Assembly (NCBI GenBank): GCA_030603385.1
Contig: JAUVXW010000002.1
Coordinates: forward strand, 131,016-195,015
DNA: 64,000 nt
Direction: 5' to 3'
Origin: Promethearchaeota archaeon
Lineage (GTDB): Archaea; Asgardarchaeota; Lokiarchaeia; Sigyniarchaeales; SOKP01
In this document: positions 48,328 through 58,772 of the stretch, piece after piece
Layout of the letters: the number at the start of each line of letters is the position of its first letter
Position numbering within the stretch: the stretch's first letter is position 1
Notes under the pieces: model-generated
Databases searched by the model: none
What the model was told of the DNA's origin: nothing
What the model saw: only the letters and a program-made list of their open reading frames with translations
Program-made: the position numbers and the translations under genes

Positions 48328-51294
48328 TTATATGATGCTTAGTTTATTCATAATATAACTCTTGACATCATCTATACTTAAATTCTTATCATTAATAAAA
48401 CCCTGCCCATAATCCTTTTTCCCTCCTCCTTTTCCACCAAAATTTTCTACACATTCTTTAACAAGGCTCCCAATATTCAATTTTGACTCATTAAGTGGTT
48501 TATCTCCTTCCATAGCTAAAATCATGACTCCCTCATTGGTTTTATTTAAAAATATGCTTATCACATTATCATTATATTTCATTATTCTTATTGAGAAGTT
48601 CTTAAGATCATCTAGAGTTAAGTCATCAAAAGTTTCTATAACAAGCTTAAATGTCTCATAATCTTGACTACTTGTAATTAACTCTTCAATGTATTCTACG
48701 CTTAAGAAATTTTTTGTCTGTTTAATTTTCTTTATTCCTTCTATCCACTCTGAATATAATTTTTGAATTTTACTTGGCACATCATCTTTTATAGTACCTA
48801 AAAATTGAGAAATTTCTGATAGGACATCACCTTCAAATGATTCAGAAGAGGTTAAGTGTAAATCATTCTCATCTATTTTACCAGATTTGAGTGATTTGTT
48901 TACATTTTTCCATTTTTCAAGTAACTCTTCTACGCGTCCCACGAGTTGTTTACGATCTACACTTAATATTCCCTTCAGCTCATCCAATATTTCCCTATGC
49001 TTTTCTTTTAGCTTATCTGTAGCTTTCCCTGCTGTGAATGTAAGTCTGACAGTGCCATCTTGAATCTTTTGTGATTTAGTAATATGAATATAACCTGTTT
49101 CTGAAGTATTATTTAAATGTGTCCCACCACAAGCCTCAACATCGATTCCCGGAATCTCTACAATACGTAAGTTTTTACCTGGCACAGCTCCTCCTTGGTA
49201 TATTGTCATCCCATATTTTCGCTCAGCATCTGATCGTGGAATGAAACGGAGGTTGAGATCTATTCCATTTTCCACTATTTCATTTGCCCTTTTTTCAATC
49301 TCCATGATTTCATCTCTTGGAATTTGTTCATAATGTGTAATATCGAGGTGAGAATTTTTAATTGTTTTTTTCGCACCAGCCTGATTAATATGGCTACCTA
49401 AAATATCTCGAGCGGCAGCGTTCACAATATGTGTGGCAGTATGATGTTGAGAAAGTTGTTTCCGCCATTCTTTATCCACTTCAATTTTTACGATATCTCC
49501 CTCCTTAAAATTAGGTTTTTCATCTAAAACATGAACTGTATAGTTGCCCTGTTTAAAAGCATCTGAGAATTTTTGCCCGTTAATAACCCCAATATCATGA
49601 ATTTGGCCACCCGATGTTGGATATGTAATTGCTTTATCCAAAACAACCATATTGTCAATTATTTTTAAAACTTTAGCTTCATTAGAGATTATTGTGTAAT
49701 CATAATAATAAAGAGATTTTGTTTCAGGAATTCCCTCTAAATCTAGTTCTATTTCTCTTTCCGTAGCATGAACTTGCTCCACCTTTTCATGTCTTTCAAC
49801 TACTAAGGCATAAAAATCATCAGGAATTTTAATTTTTACATTAAATTTCTTTGCAGCTTCTTTCACCATATCTGGACTTATTCCATTGGAATCATACAGT
49901 TCAATCAAAGTATCAGTAGAAATATTCCCCTTTTTAATTATCTTCTCTAAAATTTTTCCTGCCTTTTTCTTAGTGGTATAAAATTTCATTTTTTCAACAC
50001 TAAGTATTTCTCTAATCTCATCTAAATGTTCTGACACTTCAGGGAAAATATCTTTCAATTCTTCAGCATGCCAAACACAAACATCTGCCATGTCAATATC
50101 CCATTTAAATTGGGCAATAAAACTAAAAGCTCGCCTGAAAATCACCCTAAGATTATACCCTCCTCCAACATTTGAAGGAAGTTTTCCATCGTTAATTGCA
50201 AATAATAAGCTTCGAGCATGGTCAGCAATAGAGTAAAGTCCTGTCATCGGTATTATTCTATTTCTAAGTTCCTTTACATCTATTTTTAGATCTTTCGCAA
50301 CTCGCTGCCAAGCCTTGTCCATATCGTCTACTTCATCAATATTCAAATAAGCCGAATATTGAGAAAACTTATTATATAATTCTAAATCCAATTCTATTCT
50401 TGTAATTTCTCTTAATTTTGATAGAACATAAGGGAAAATTGCCTCATATATATTCGGTGTTCCTTGAGAAAACCATGCTACACGTTCCTGTCCAAGACCC
50501 ATATCTAACACCTTTAGCTTTAACTCACGAGGGCCTTCTGGAGTTTGTTCGAACATTGTATAAACTTGGTTAAATAATTCAACCCCTCTACTAAAAAACT
50601 CAAGGCTACAGCCAAAAGAGCCGCCTCCTGCCCAAGAATCTTCATGAATAGTTATCTCTTCCTTAGCTAAGCCGACACCCTCATGGATAAAATCATGTAT
50701 ATCCATGAAAAGTTCACCCTGATTCCATTCTTCAGGAGGCACAAATTGATGTTGCCCAATCATTACAAAACCGGTATTATGCGCCCCTGTAATCCCAACG
50801 TTTTCAATATCATTAAACCTTAAACAGAATTGTGGAATAATAAGTTTTTTGGCAGGAGGTTCAACTTCACCAGTTATAACATAAGGCTGAAATGCCGAAA
50901 TTGATGCGATTGTAAATTCTGAAGTTGGGTTCCATCGAGCTACACATGGATACCTTTTAATGGGAACATAGCCTCTAGGTTCTAAAATCTCAACGATCTT
51001 TTCCCAAACACCAATGAAAGACAATTTTACTTGGGAGGGATTATCAATAACAACTTGAAATCCTCCTGAACATACAGGATCTCCGCAAACCTCTCTATCT
51101 TTAAGCGTTGTCCAAAAACAATTACCGCAACATTCACAAAGTTTTCTCATATAACCCAAACTTTTAAGTTCCTTAGTAGGGAAGTATTCATCTGGATTTC
51201 TTGAAGTAATTTTTTTGAATACTTGTTTTAACTCTTTATCTGTTTGAGCATCCTTAATTCCTAACTGTTCTTTAGTTGAGAGCACTTTAATCAA
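48328..51294 (-). CDS. alaS: Alanine--tRNA ligase (archaeal type)
   Basis: N-terminal Cys cluster, VARW, QFCLRFND, DMGLGQER, DHAR, editing HTATH and CGGTH, GGKGGGK. Confidence 0.95.
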   Translation of the reverse strand: MIKVLSTKEQLGIKDAQTDKELKQVFKKITSRNPDEYFPTKELKSLGYMRKLCECCGNCFWTTLKDREVCGDPVCSGGFQVVIDNPSQVKLSFIGVWEKIVEILEPRGYVPIKRYPCVARWNPTSEFTIASISAFQPYVITGEVEPPAKKLIIPQFCLRFNDIENVGITGAHNTGFVMIGQHQFVPPEEWNQGELFMDIHDFIHEGVGLAKEEITIHEDSWAGGGSFGCSLEFFSRGVELFNQVYTMFEQTPEGPRELKLKVLDMGLGQERVAWFSQGTPNIYEAIFPYVLSKLREITRIELDLELYNKFSQYSAYLNIDEVDDMDKAWQRVAKDLKIDVKELRNRIIPMTGLYSIADHARSLLFAINDGKLPSNVGGGYNLRVIFRRAFSFIAQFKWDIDMADVCVWHAEELKDIFPEVSEHLDEIREILSVEKMKFYTTKKKAGKILEKIIKKGNISTDTLIELYDSNGISPDMVKEAAKKFNVKIKIPDDFYALVVERHEKVEQVHATEREIELDLEGIPETKSLYYYDYTIISNEAKVLKIIDNMVVLDKAITYPTSGGQIHDIGVINGQKFSDAFKQGNYTVHVLDEKPNFKEGDIVKIEVDKEWRKQLSQHHTATHIVNAAARDILGSHINQAGAKKTIKNSHLDITHYEQIPRDEIMEIEKRANEIVENGIDLNLRFIPRSDAERKYGMTIYQGGAVPGKNLRIVEIPGIDVEACGGTHLNNTSETGYIHITKSQKIQDGTVRLTFTAGKATDKLKEKHREILDELKGILSVDRKQLVGRVEELLEKWKNVNKSLKSGKIDENDLHLTSSESFEGDVLSEISQFLGTIKDDVPSKIQKLYSEWIEGIKKIKQTKNFLSVEYIEELITSSQDYETFKLVIETFDDLTLDDLKNFSIRIMKYNDNVISIFLNKTNEGVMILAMEGDKPLNESKLNIGSLVKECVENFGGKGGGKKDYGQGFINDKNLSIDDVKSYIMNKLSII

Positions 51295-51591
51295 ATTCTA
51301 AATGTTCAAATTCTCAAATATTAATAATTAAAAATAGTATTGGTCATTCTATAATATTTTCTTTTAATATTTAGTTGTTTATGCAATTTTACTTTGCTTG
51401 TACTTAATCAAGTTTTTATAAAAATGTAAAAACTTAAGTAAGTATTAAGAGCTTTTTTGTGGGTGGAAGTAACTCCCGAAGGTAATATGATCTTGAATAA
51501 TTAGCAATAATGAGGAAATAAAGGCAAAAGATAAAATGAAGGGAACTATTATTTTATTCAAAAAGACCCACAAGTGACTTGAGTAATTAAA

Positions 51592-51795
51592 TTGAAGGGA
51601 ACAAAGCGAGCAGATATTAAATCAGGCATGCGAGTTTTAATCGTATTAAAGAAAAACCAGCGATCTGGTAAGTTAACCGAAGGCATAGTCAAAGATGTGC
51701 TTACAAACTCCCCTAATCACCATTTTGGGATTAAGGTTCGGTTGAGGAGTGGTGAAATTGGGCGGGTGAAAGAAATAATTAGCTCTAAACAATAA
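51592..51795 (+). CDS. YwbE (DUF2196)-family protein
   Basis: QRSGKLTEGIVKDVLTNS..H..GIKVRL..G.IGRV. Confidence 0.88.
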   Translation: MKGTKRADIKSGMRVLIVLKKNQRSGKLTEGIVKDVLTNSPNHHFGIKVRLRSGEIGRVKEIISSKQ

Positions 51796-52108
51796 ACTAG
51801 TAAAATATAATTATTTTTTAAAACTTTTAATTCTTTAAATACCAAGAGTATATAGGCAATGTAACTCTTTTTTACTAAATAATGGGGTTTTTTTTAGTAA
51901 TTATTACTTCTAAATATTTAATATTTATTCGTCGAATAATAAGACATTTTAGATGCTTTCTAAATAGTTGCATCTATTATGATTTTTTCTTCTGAGATGG
52001 GGTACGTAATTATTTTAATGATGAAACCCGCTCATGTATTTTTCCAAAATAAAAGCAGGACGAATTATATGAGCGTAGGTAAAGGAGAAACCCACAACAG
52101 AAAGAAAA

Positions 52109-53554
52109 ATGAGAATAAAAATGTTAAAAGAAACACATAGAATGACCGGAACGGTCAAATGGTATAATGAAAAGAAAGGATTTGGATTTATAACATCCGA
52201 TATGAACAGTGAAGATGTTTTTTTACACCATACTGCACTGCAACCACACGAGGATGTACCTATCGTCACCGGTGATAGAATTACTTTTACAATCCAAAAA
52301 CAAGAAAAAGGACCCGCTGCTCTTGAAGCAAAACGGTTCACAGAAGAAAACGAGTTGCTGCAGTCTGATCAAATTGGTATTGGTATAAAATTTACTGATC
52401 TCGACCTAAAGCCAGAATTATTACGAGCAATAAGAGATGCTGGCTATGTAGACCCGACACCAATTCAAGCCCAGGCAATTCCTATCGTTTTGAAGGGGCA
52501 AGATTTGCTAGGGTGTGCCCAAACTGGAACGGGTAAAACTGCAGCATTTGCGCTTCCGACTCTGCAGCGATTGATGAATACCCCAGGCAAGGAAAGATTG
52601 AATATCATAAATAATAACAAGTACAAAATAATACGTAAAATACGGGTGTTAGTACTTTCGCCCACGAGAGAGCTGGCAATCCAGATTGCGAATAGTTTCA
52701 GCATGTATGGAAAATACTCTGGACTAAAAAACTGTGTTGTCTATGGTGGTGTTTCACAAAATCCACAGGTTGCAAAGCTAAGCCAAGGAGTAGATATTGT
52801 GGTTGCCACACCTGGTAGATTACTCGACTTGATGAGACAAGGACATGTAAATCTGAGCCATGTCGAGGTGTTGATTTTGGACGAAGGCGACAGAATGCTT
52901 GATATGGGTTTCATCCACGATATTCGTTCTATCGTCAAGATGGTGCCACAAAAGAATCGACAGACCTTGCTTTTTTCTGCTACAATACCTCGTGGGGTAA
53001 TTAAATTCGCGAAAAATATTCTGCATGATCCCGTCGAAATAAATATATCTCCCGACGAACCCACCTTGGAAATTATTAAACAGGCTGCATTTTTTATATT
53101 GAAAGAGAAAAAGCAAGCATTGTTGGAATATTTACTCGCCGATTCAACTATTACACGAGCGCTAGTGTTTACGCGCACCAAGCACGGCGCGAATCGAGTC
53201 GTTAAGAAACTGCAAAGGAAGGGAATACGCGCCGACTCGATACATGGAAATAAATCACAATCTGCACGTCAAAATGCGCTTAAAAACTTTCGCACCGGAA
53301 AAGCTCGAGTGTTGGTAGCTACCGATGTTGCTTCGCGCGGCCTAGACGTAGATAACATCTCACATGTCATCCAGTTTGACTTACCAGATGTGTCGGAAAC
53401 CTATTTGCATCGCATCGGCCGGACGGCAAGAGCAGGCGCAGGAGGGACTGCCTTTGCATTCTGCGAAAAGGGTCAACACCGACAATTAAAAGAGATCGAG
53501 CAGTTGATTCGAATGCGCGTGAAGATAGTTAAAAACCACCCCTACATCATTTGA
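52109..53554 (+). CDS. Cold-shock domain fused to an RhlE-like DEAD-box RNA helicase
   Basis: CSD RNP motifs KGFGFI and VFLH; Q-motif, AQTGTGKT, PTRELA, DEGD, SAT and HRIGRTAR. Confidence 0.93.
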   Translation: MRIKMLKETHRMTGTVKWYNEKKGFGFITSDMNSEDVFLHHTALQPHEDVPIVTGDRITFTIQKQEKGPAALEAKRFTEENELLQSDQIGIGIKFTDLDLKPELLRAIRDAGYVDPTPIQAQAIPIVLKGQDLLGCAQTGTGKTAAFALPTLQRLMNTPGKERLNIINNNKYKIIRKIRVLVLSPTRELAIQIANSFSMYGKYSGLKNCVVYGGVSQNPQVAKLSQGVDIVVATPGRLLDLMRQGHVNLSHVEVLILDEGDRMLDMGFIHDIRSIVKMVPQKNRQTLLFSATIPRGVIKFAKNILHDPVEINISPDEPTLEIIKQAAFFILKEKKQALLEYLLADSTITRALVFTRTKHGANRVVKKLQRKGIRADSIHGNKSQSARQNALKNFRTGKARVLVATDVASRGLDVDNISHVIQFDLPDVSETYLHRIGRTARAGAGGTAFAFCEKGQHRQLKEIEQLIRMRVKIVKNHPYII

Positions 53555-53863
53555 TTTCTTTAGAGCATCCTTCATTTGATTAAAGGGTAAGAATGGTTGT
53601 GACACGCGACAGGAAGCGTTGATTAGATTGCTGCGTTTAAAGGTTATAAATATAAAATGACACCCTTAATAGAAGGATCTGAAGCAATTGAAATTAATAA
53701 AAGATAAAATATATCTCTAATTTTTTTTTCTTTAATAAAATCTGGTTGTAGTTTTATTTATTAAATTCTAATGTTTGAAGTCTCGAGTAACCTAGCTTAA
53801 CAAAGTCATAGTCAAGTAATTCAATTTTTTCAGGGATTATTTTCAAAAGTAATTTCCTACTAT

Positions 53864-54061
53864 GTGAAACGTATCCACCAATTAGCATATTCAGATTATC
53901 TTATTAAGGTGATTAATATTTATGAAATCCCTGATGATAAATTATATGAAGGTATGAAGGGAATTGCTAAACGTTTCTCCGCTTATACTAACTTTGAAGG
54001 TTATGTCTACAAAGTAAACCTAGTAATGGAAGCATCTGAAGCTTTGGAACTGCTAAAATAA
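53864..54061 (+). CDS. Small hypothetical protein, possibly 5'-truncated
   Basis: Coding-like 3' part with a weak GTG start. Confidence 0.4.
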   Translation: MKRIHQLAYSDYLIKVINIYEIPDDKLYEGMKGIAKRFSAYTNFEGYVYKVNLVMEASEALELLK

Positions 54062-54086
54062 AAAATTCTCATTCAATCCTTTTTTT

Positions 54087-54533
54087 TTAAAGTTCTAATA
54101 TTTGAAGTCGTGAATATCCTCTTTTTGCAAAATCGTAATCGAGTAATTCTATTTTTTCTGGAATTATCTGTAATAATAATTTTCGCTTTCCTCGTACAAT
54201 ATTTTGAGCCTTCTCGAATTCTTCATCTCCTTCTCTTAAAAAGATCAATCTATCTCTCCCTGAAGCGGTGATTTGCATACCTTGTATTTTTCCTTCAGAT
54301 AAAGGTGTATAAATCCCTATACTTATGTTAGGATTTTCTTCCATGTTTTTTACCTTTCTCCCAGGAGCAGGACCAACATAAATATTAAAACTGTCTTTCT
54401 CTGTATAGAAATCCATAGGGGTCGCACGAGGGATATTATTACTACAGGTACACAAAACAAGTACTTTTCTTTTTTCTAGATACTCTCTAATTTCTCTTTT
54501 TAACTCCTCTTCTGGCATTTTCTTATTATTCAT
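54087..54533 (-). CDS. Pyridoxamine 5'-phosphate oxidase-like FMN-binding split-barrel protein
   Basis: LCT...PRATP and RKVKNMEENPNIS motifs. Confidence 0.8.
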   Translation of the reverse strand: MNNKKMPEEELKREIREYLEKRKVLVLCTCSNNIPRATPMDFYTEKDSFNIYVGPAPGRKVKNMEENPNISIGIYTPLSEGKIQGMQITASGRDRLIFLREGDEEFEKAQNIVRGKRKLLLQIIPEKIELLDYDFAKRGYSRLQILEL

Positions 54534-54623
54534 TTCAAAGAACCTCTTTAATTTAATTATAATATAAAATGAATAGATAAAGATAAATTTTAGAAAAGGA
54601 GTAGAAAAAGATTTAAATCCAAA

Positions 54624-55772
54624 TTAGAATCCAACAACGTTAATTGGTTTAGAATCATTATCTGAATCTACGGCAGCTTGTACATAAGGAGATACTGGTC
54701 CATTTGCTAGAACCATGATTTTTACCTTGGAACCCATATCTGGTTTATTTTGAACTCCAAATTTTAATTGAGCTTCTTCAGGAATTCCATTCGTAATAGT
54801 AGATACAATGCTATTTACTTTGGATAAAGAAAGAGTGTGATCCCCTGTAACGGATACAATGCATCTCTGAACTTGGCTTGTATCAGGTTGTAAAAGAGGA
54901 TTATTAAGAGCTAATTTTGATTTCTCTATTAGATCTGAGTCATCGCCCATAGATTCAGCTATACCAACTAATCCAGTTGGATATTTTTCTTTCTTAACAA
55001 ATATTCTTTTCACATCAGCAAAATCTATATTAATTAATCCACAATTGTTAATTAAGTTAACAACTTCCCCAATATTTCTAATTAAGACTTCATCCATTAT
55101 TTTAAACCCTGTTATCATCGGAATCTTTCCAACAATACCCAAAAGGTTATCGTTTGGGACAGTTATTAAAAAATCAGAATATTCTGCTAGATTTTTAAGC
55201 CCTAATTTTGCTCTTACCCCTCGTTGAACTCCTTCTGATTTAAATGGAAGTGAACAAAAGGTAACTACAATAGCTTTATTCTTCTTTGCCTCTTTGGCTA
55301 TAATAGGTGCTGCTCCAGTCCCAGTTCCTCCACCTAAACCACATGTTAAGAAAACAATATCAGCATTAAGTATTTTATTTAGTCTATCGCGATCTTCTTC
55401 AGCTGCCTCCCCTCCAACTAAAGGATCATTCCCTGAACCTAAACCTCGACATCTTTCCTTACCGATTAAAACTTTCTGGCTAGCATTTGAATAATACAAG
55501 TCATGTGCATCAGTATTTATACATATTGTCTCAGCATTGTTTATACCCATATCCTCCAAACGTGAAACTGTATTATTCCCCGCGCCCCCTACTCCAACTA
55601 CTAGTGATTTAATCTTTAAAACTTTCAATAAATCTGCTAAATATTTATCATCGTCACAATTTGGGTTGGAATTAGGATTTTGATTATGTTGAGCTATTTC
55701 ATTGAATCGTTCTCTTACTGATGTTCGAGATTTTGCCATTCCTATAATATCATCAATACTCATAAAATTCAT
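54624..55772 (-). CDS. ftsZ: FtsZ
   Basis: GVGGAGNN, INTD, GLGGGTGTG, PFKSEG and T7 loop INIDFADV. Confidence 0.93.
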   Translation of the reverse strand: MNFMSIDDIIGMAKSRTSVRERFNEIAQHNQNPNSNPNCDDDKYLADLLKVLKIKSLVVGVGGAGNNTVSRLEDMGINNAETICINTDAHDLYYSNASQKVLIGKERCRGLGSGNDPLVGGEAAEEDRDRLNKILNADIVFLTCGLGGGTGTGAAPIIAKEAKKNKAIVVTFCSLPFKSEGVQRGVRAKLGLKNLAEYSDFLITVPNDNLLGIVGKIPMITGFKIMDEVLIRNIGEVVNLINNCGLINIDFADVKRIFVKKEKYPTGLVGIAESMGDDSDLIEKSKLALNNPLLQPDTSQVQRCIVSVTGDHTLSLSKVNSIVSTITNGIPEEAQLKFGVQNKPDMGSKVKIMVLANGPVSPYVQAAVDSDNDSKPINVVGF

Positions 55773-56025
55773 CTAACGAAATGAGGTTTTTATAATACGA
55801 GAAAAATATCAGAATAATATAGGAAAGTAATATGAAGATAATACGCATATTATATCTGCATTATATTCCTTAAATTATTAGAGCTTACATAATTTTTTTA
55901 TGAAATAACTTTTAAATTTTAATAGATATATCAATTTTTTCATCTGAAATATATGACAAATCGTTGGAGAAAAAAGTTTATAAGTCAATATTTTCATGAT
56001 TATCATACTATTAAGGGTAAATTAT

Positions 56026-56265
56026 ATGGAAATCAATAATACTCAAAATAACAGCAGAGAATCTGTGGAAAGCTCGAAAAAAGATGAGCCAATTCAAGTG
56101 CGAGCTACCATTAGCTGCCCTAGTTGTGGCTACAAGAAGAAGTTTAGAAATCAATTTCTTAGGAAAGATTTGGAATTACTTATCGTAGCTGTAAAGGTAT
56201 TTGAGTGGTTAACCTGTAATAAGTGTGGTGACCTTTTAAAGTTAGATTTAGATTTTAATTTTTAA
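56026..56265 (+). CDS. Small zinc-ribbon protein
   Basis: CPSCG...CNKCG. Confidence 0.7.
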   Translation: MEINNTQNNSRESVESSKKDEPIQVRATISCPSCGYKKKFRNQFLRKDLELLIVAVKVFEWLTCNKCGDLLKLDLDFNF

Positions 56266-56341
56266 ATCTAAGTAATTAAGAGCTAAATTTTTTAATATTA
56301 TCATATTTTAAGTTAAAAGCCTCAAAGTTCAAATCTTCAAT

Positions 56342-57652
56342 TTAGAGATCCAAATCAATATTCCCATATGTGCCTCCACCACCAGGAGTATAATTAATTT
56401 CATTAGTTCTAAGAGCTTTTACAACTAAGGCAAGAGTATGATCATGTTCTTCAATTTTACTTATTGGAGTATCAATTAAAATCTCAAACTCTGTTCCAAG
56501 TGTTTTTATAACTTTATTATATTCATTTAGAACTGTTTTACTTGCTGTGCTTTTGATACCTTTGATTGAACGGATTACATCTACTAAAGGAACCGCATTG
56601 ATATAAGGAGGTCGATGATCTGGATTTTTAATTTCATTATATGTAGATATTTTTTCAATTCTTTCGCTAACTCCCAACTTAATTTTAAAATTTTTATTTT
56701 TTTCCTCTTTACAAGCAGGACAGTTCATCTTATTCTTCGAAACATGTTCTATATAGTCTTTTCTTGAAGAACTAGGATTATTTGAATAATATATAACGAA
56801 ATTGTCTGTTATTGAGTATTGATTAAAGACTGTACTTACTTGCTTTTTCGCTTTCCTAAATAGAATCCTTCTTCTGCATTTGTAGCAAAACATATTATAA
56901 TATTTTCCGAGTTTAGGATGGAGACCAACATTAAGAATTATCTTTCTCCCATTTTTTCTCATTAGAGCTAATGAAATTTCCTCAAAAGAGGGATTATCAA
57001 TATCGAACCTATTGAATTCTCGCCCCAAAGATCGAGGATTTTGAGAGTGGGCATCACTGTTACTTAAGAATGACACATTTTTTAAAGATTCAAGCCTGTC
57101 TGCTAAATCTGTGTTAGCGGACAATCCTAATTCTAAAAAATGGACATTTTTAGTTGCGTCTTGATAGCAATTCTTTAAAGTTTCGAATTTACCTTGACGA
57201 AAAATTGCTTTAAAGGGTGTAAAGGCATGTGCAGGACCAATCATACCTCCCGCATCTGATATTATATCAACTAATGCGGGGGGTGATAAGTTAACTCTGG
57301 GTCTTCCACCCCACTCATCTAAAATATTTTTTGAGTGTGATTTTAATTTATTTTGAATTTGTTTAACTGAATTGAAGTCAGGAAATAATACTACATGATG
57401 TATACTTTCTATATCTTCTATTTCTGTCTGAAGGATAAAAAAAACATCTTTGTATGAAAATGAACCATCTCTTTCCTTTTTCAAATTACTTTCCATGTAT
57501 TTAAGCCATTCTGGTTGCAAAATATCACCCGTACCAAGAATGTTTAGACCTTTCTTCCTACAAGTCTCCAACATAGTATCTAAATTTAATGATTTCGATA
57601 CTGCTATTGAATGGGGGCTATGTATGTGGAGATCAGCACAAAATATATCCAT
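56342..57652 (-). CDS. Endonuclease Q (PHP domain plus Zn ribbon) family
   Basis: DLHIHS, HAFTP, ELGLSA, NSDAHS, LGREFN, CYKC/CPAC and GGGGTYG. Confidence 0.88.
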   Translation of the reverse strand: MDIFCADLHIHSPHSIAVSKSLNLDTMLETCRKKGLNILGTGDILQPEWLKYMESNLKKERDGSFSYKDVFFILQTEIEDIESIHHVVLFPDFNSVKQIQNKLKSHSKNILDEWGGRPRVNLSPPALVDIISDAGGMIGPAHAFTPFKAIFRQGKFETLKNCYQDATKNVHFLELGLSANTDLADRLESLKNVSFLSNSDAHSQNPRSLGREFNRFDIDNPSFEEISLALMRKNGRKIILNVGLHPKLGKYYNMFCYKCRRRILFRKAKKQVSTVFNQYSITDNFVIYYSNNPSSSRKDYIEHVSKNKMNCPACKEEKNKNFKIKLGVSERIEKISTYNEIKNPDHRPPYINAVPLVDVIRSIKGIKSTASKTVLNEYNKVIKTLGTEFEILIDTPISKIEEHDHTLALVVKALRTNEINYTPGGGGTYGNIDLDL

Positions 57653-57711
57653 CAGTTATTATAAACCTTGATTCAATAAAAAGATTTTAATAATTTGTTA
57701 ATTATTTGATT

Positions 57712-58761
57712 TTAATTTAAAATAAGCATTTTGTCTTGTGTTTGATCGGTTAATAAAACTCGATAATACTCTAATCGATTTTTATAATTGACTTTTTCAA
57801 TTTTTCCCTCAACCAAAACTATCTCCCCGTCCTTAGCATGCTCGCAAAAGCGTGCCCGAAAAGAATTTATCACTAAAATATCTTTTAATTTAACTTTGTT
57901 TAAAACTGATTTTTTATCTAGAACTTTCAAAGGCTTAATTTTATAAGAGCAAGGAGTAAAAATTGAATCTTTTGAATCTAAAATTTTTGCTTTAAGTTTA
58001 ATTCTTCCAAAATTTTTATATTGATAATCATAAAAATCTCCATTCCAATCTTCTGGACTTTTTACATATCTGATAAAATAATCGCAATTCCTGTATTTAC
58101 CTTGATGGAGTTTTCTTTGCTCACTTTTCATAAAATCTTCAAATAAGATGTCAGATCCTCCAACTCTCCATGTATAATGAGATCTAAATTCTTTTAAATT
58201 ATATTTTCTAAAATTATTCGATTCGTCTAATAATAGGTTTAAATTTTCTTGAAAGTTAAGGCCGGTTTCTGTCCCATAGACTATTATATCAATATCAGAG
58301 TCATCTTTATCTAAACCAACCATACTAGACCCAGTAATTCCTATTGAATTCTTAGAAATCCCTCCTTTATTTATAAGTAATTCACACAAACTTTTAGAAT
58401 ATTTTTCCACGTTGGAGAGGTTTTCTTTTTTTTCCAAATTATTTAAGCACTCTCTGGGAGTATAAATTTTTTTAATATCTTGATTTTTTACCCCTTGTAC
58501 CTCTAAATCAAGCTCTTCAGAATAAAAAAGGTACTTAGGATACTTAATTCTTAGTAGAGAATAGCGTTCCTCTAAATCATATACTTTTTTGAACTTGATA
58601 CCTTTTTTTATCCTATCTCCTTCGGGATGAGGATAGAACCTTAAAAAACAAATCTTTCTGTCATTTGGATGAAATAATCCTTTAACATCAAAAAATAAAT
58701 TATGATCCTTAGTTTCTATATAATCTCCTTCAATTCCCTTAATATTTTTCATAAAGGTCAC
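57712..58761 (-). CDS. Archaeal nucleotidyltransferase-domain protein
   Basis: GITGS...DSDIDIIVYG pol-beta motif, FDVKGL.HP and FTPCSY. Confidence 0.82.
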   Translation of the reverse strand: MTFMKNIKGIEGDYIETKDHNLFFDVKGLFHPNDRKICFLRFYPHPEGDRIKKGIKFKKVYDLEERYSLLRIKYPKYLFYSEELDLEVQGVKNQDIKKIYTPRECLNNLEKKENLSNVEKYSKSLCELLINKGGISKNSIGITGSSMVGLDKDDSDIDIIVYGTETGLNFQENLNLLLDESNNFRKYNLKEFRSHYTWRVGGSDILFEDFMKSEQRKLHQGKYRNCDYFIRYVKSPEDWNGDFYDYQYKNFGRIKLKAKILDSKDSIFTPCSYKIKPLKVLDKKSVLNKVKLKDILVINSFRARFCEHAKDGEIVLVEGKIEKVNYKNRLEYYRVLLTDQTQDKMLILN

Positions 58762-58772
58762 AATATAATTGA

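Noticed and set aside
51455-51480. T-box element for alaS
   Set aside because: The GGGTGG match is on the wrong strand for alaS and the remaining T-box features are missing.
51990-52030. Fluoride riboswitch or C/D-box sRNA
   Set aside because: Only partial motifs (GATGGGGT, ATGATGA); no P1 stem and no properly placed D box.
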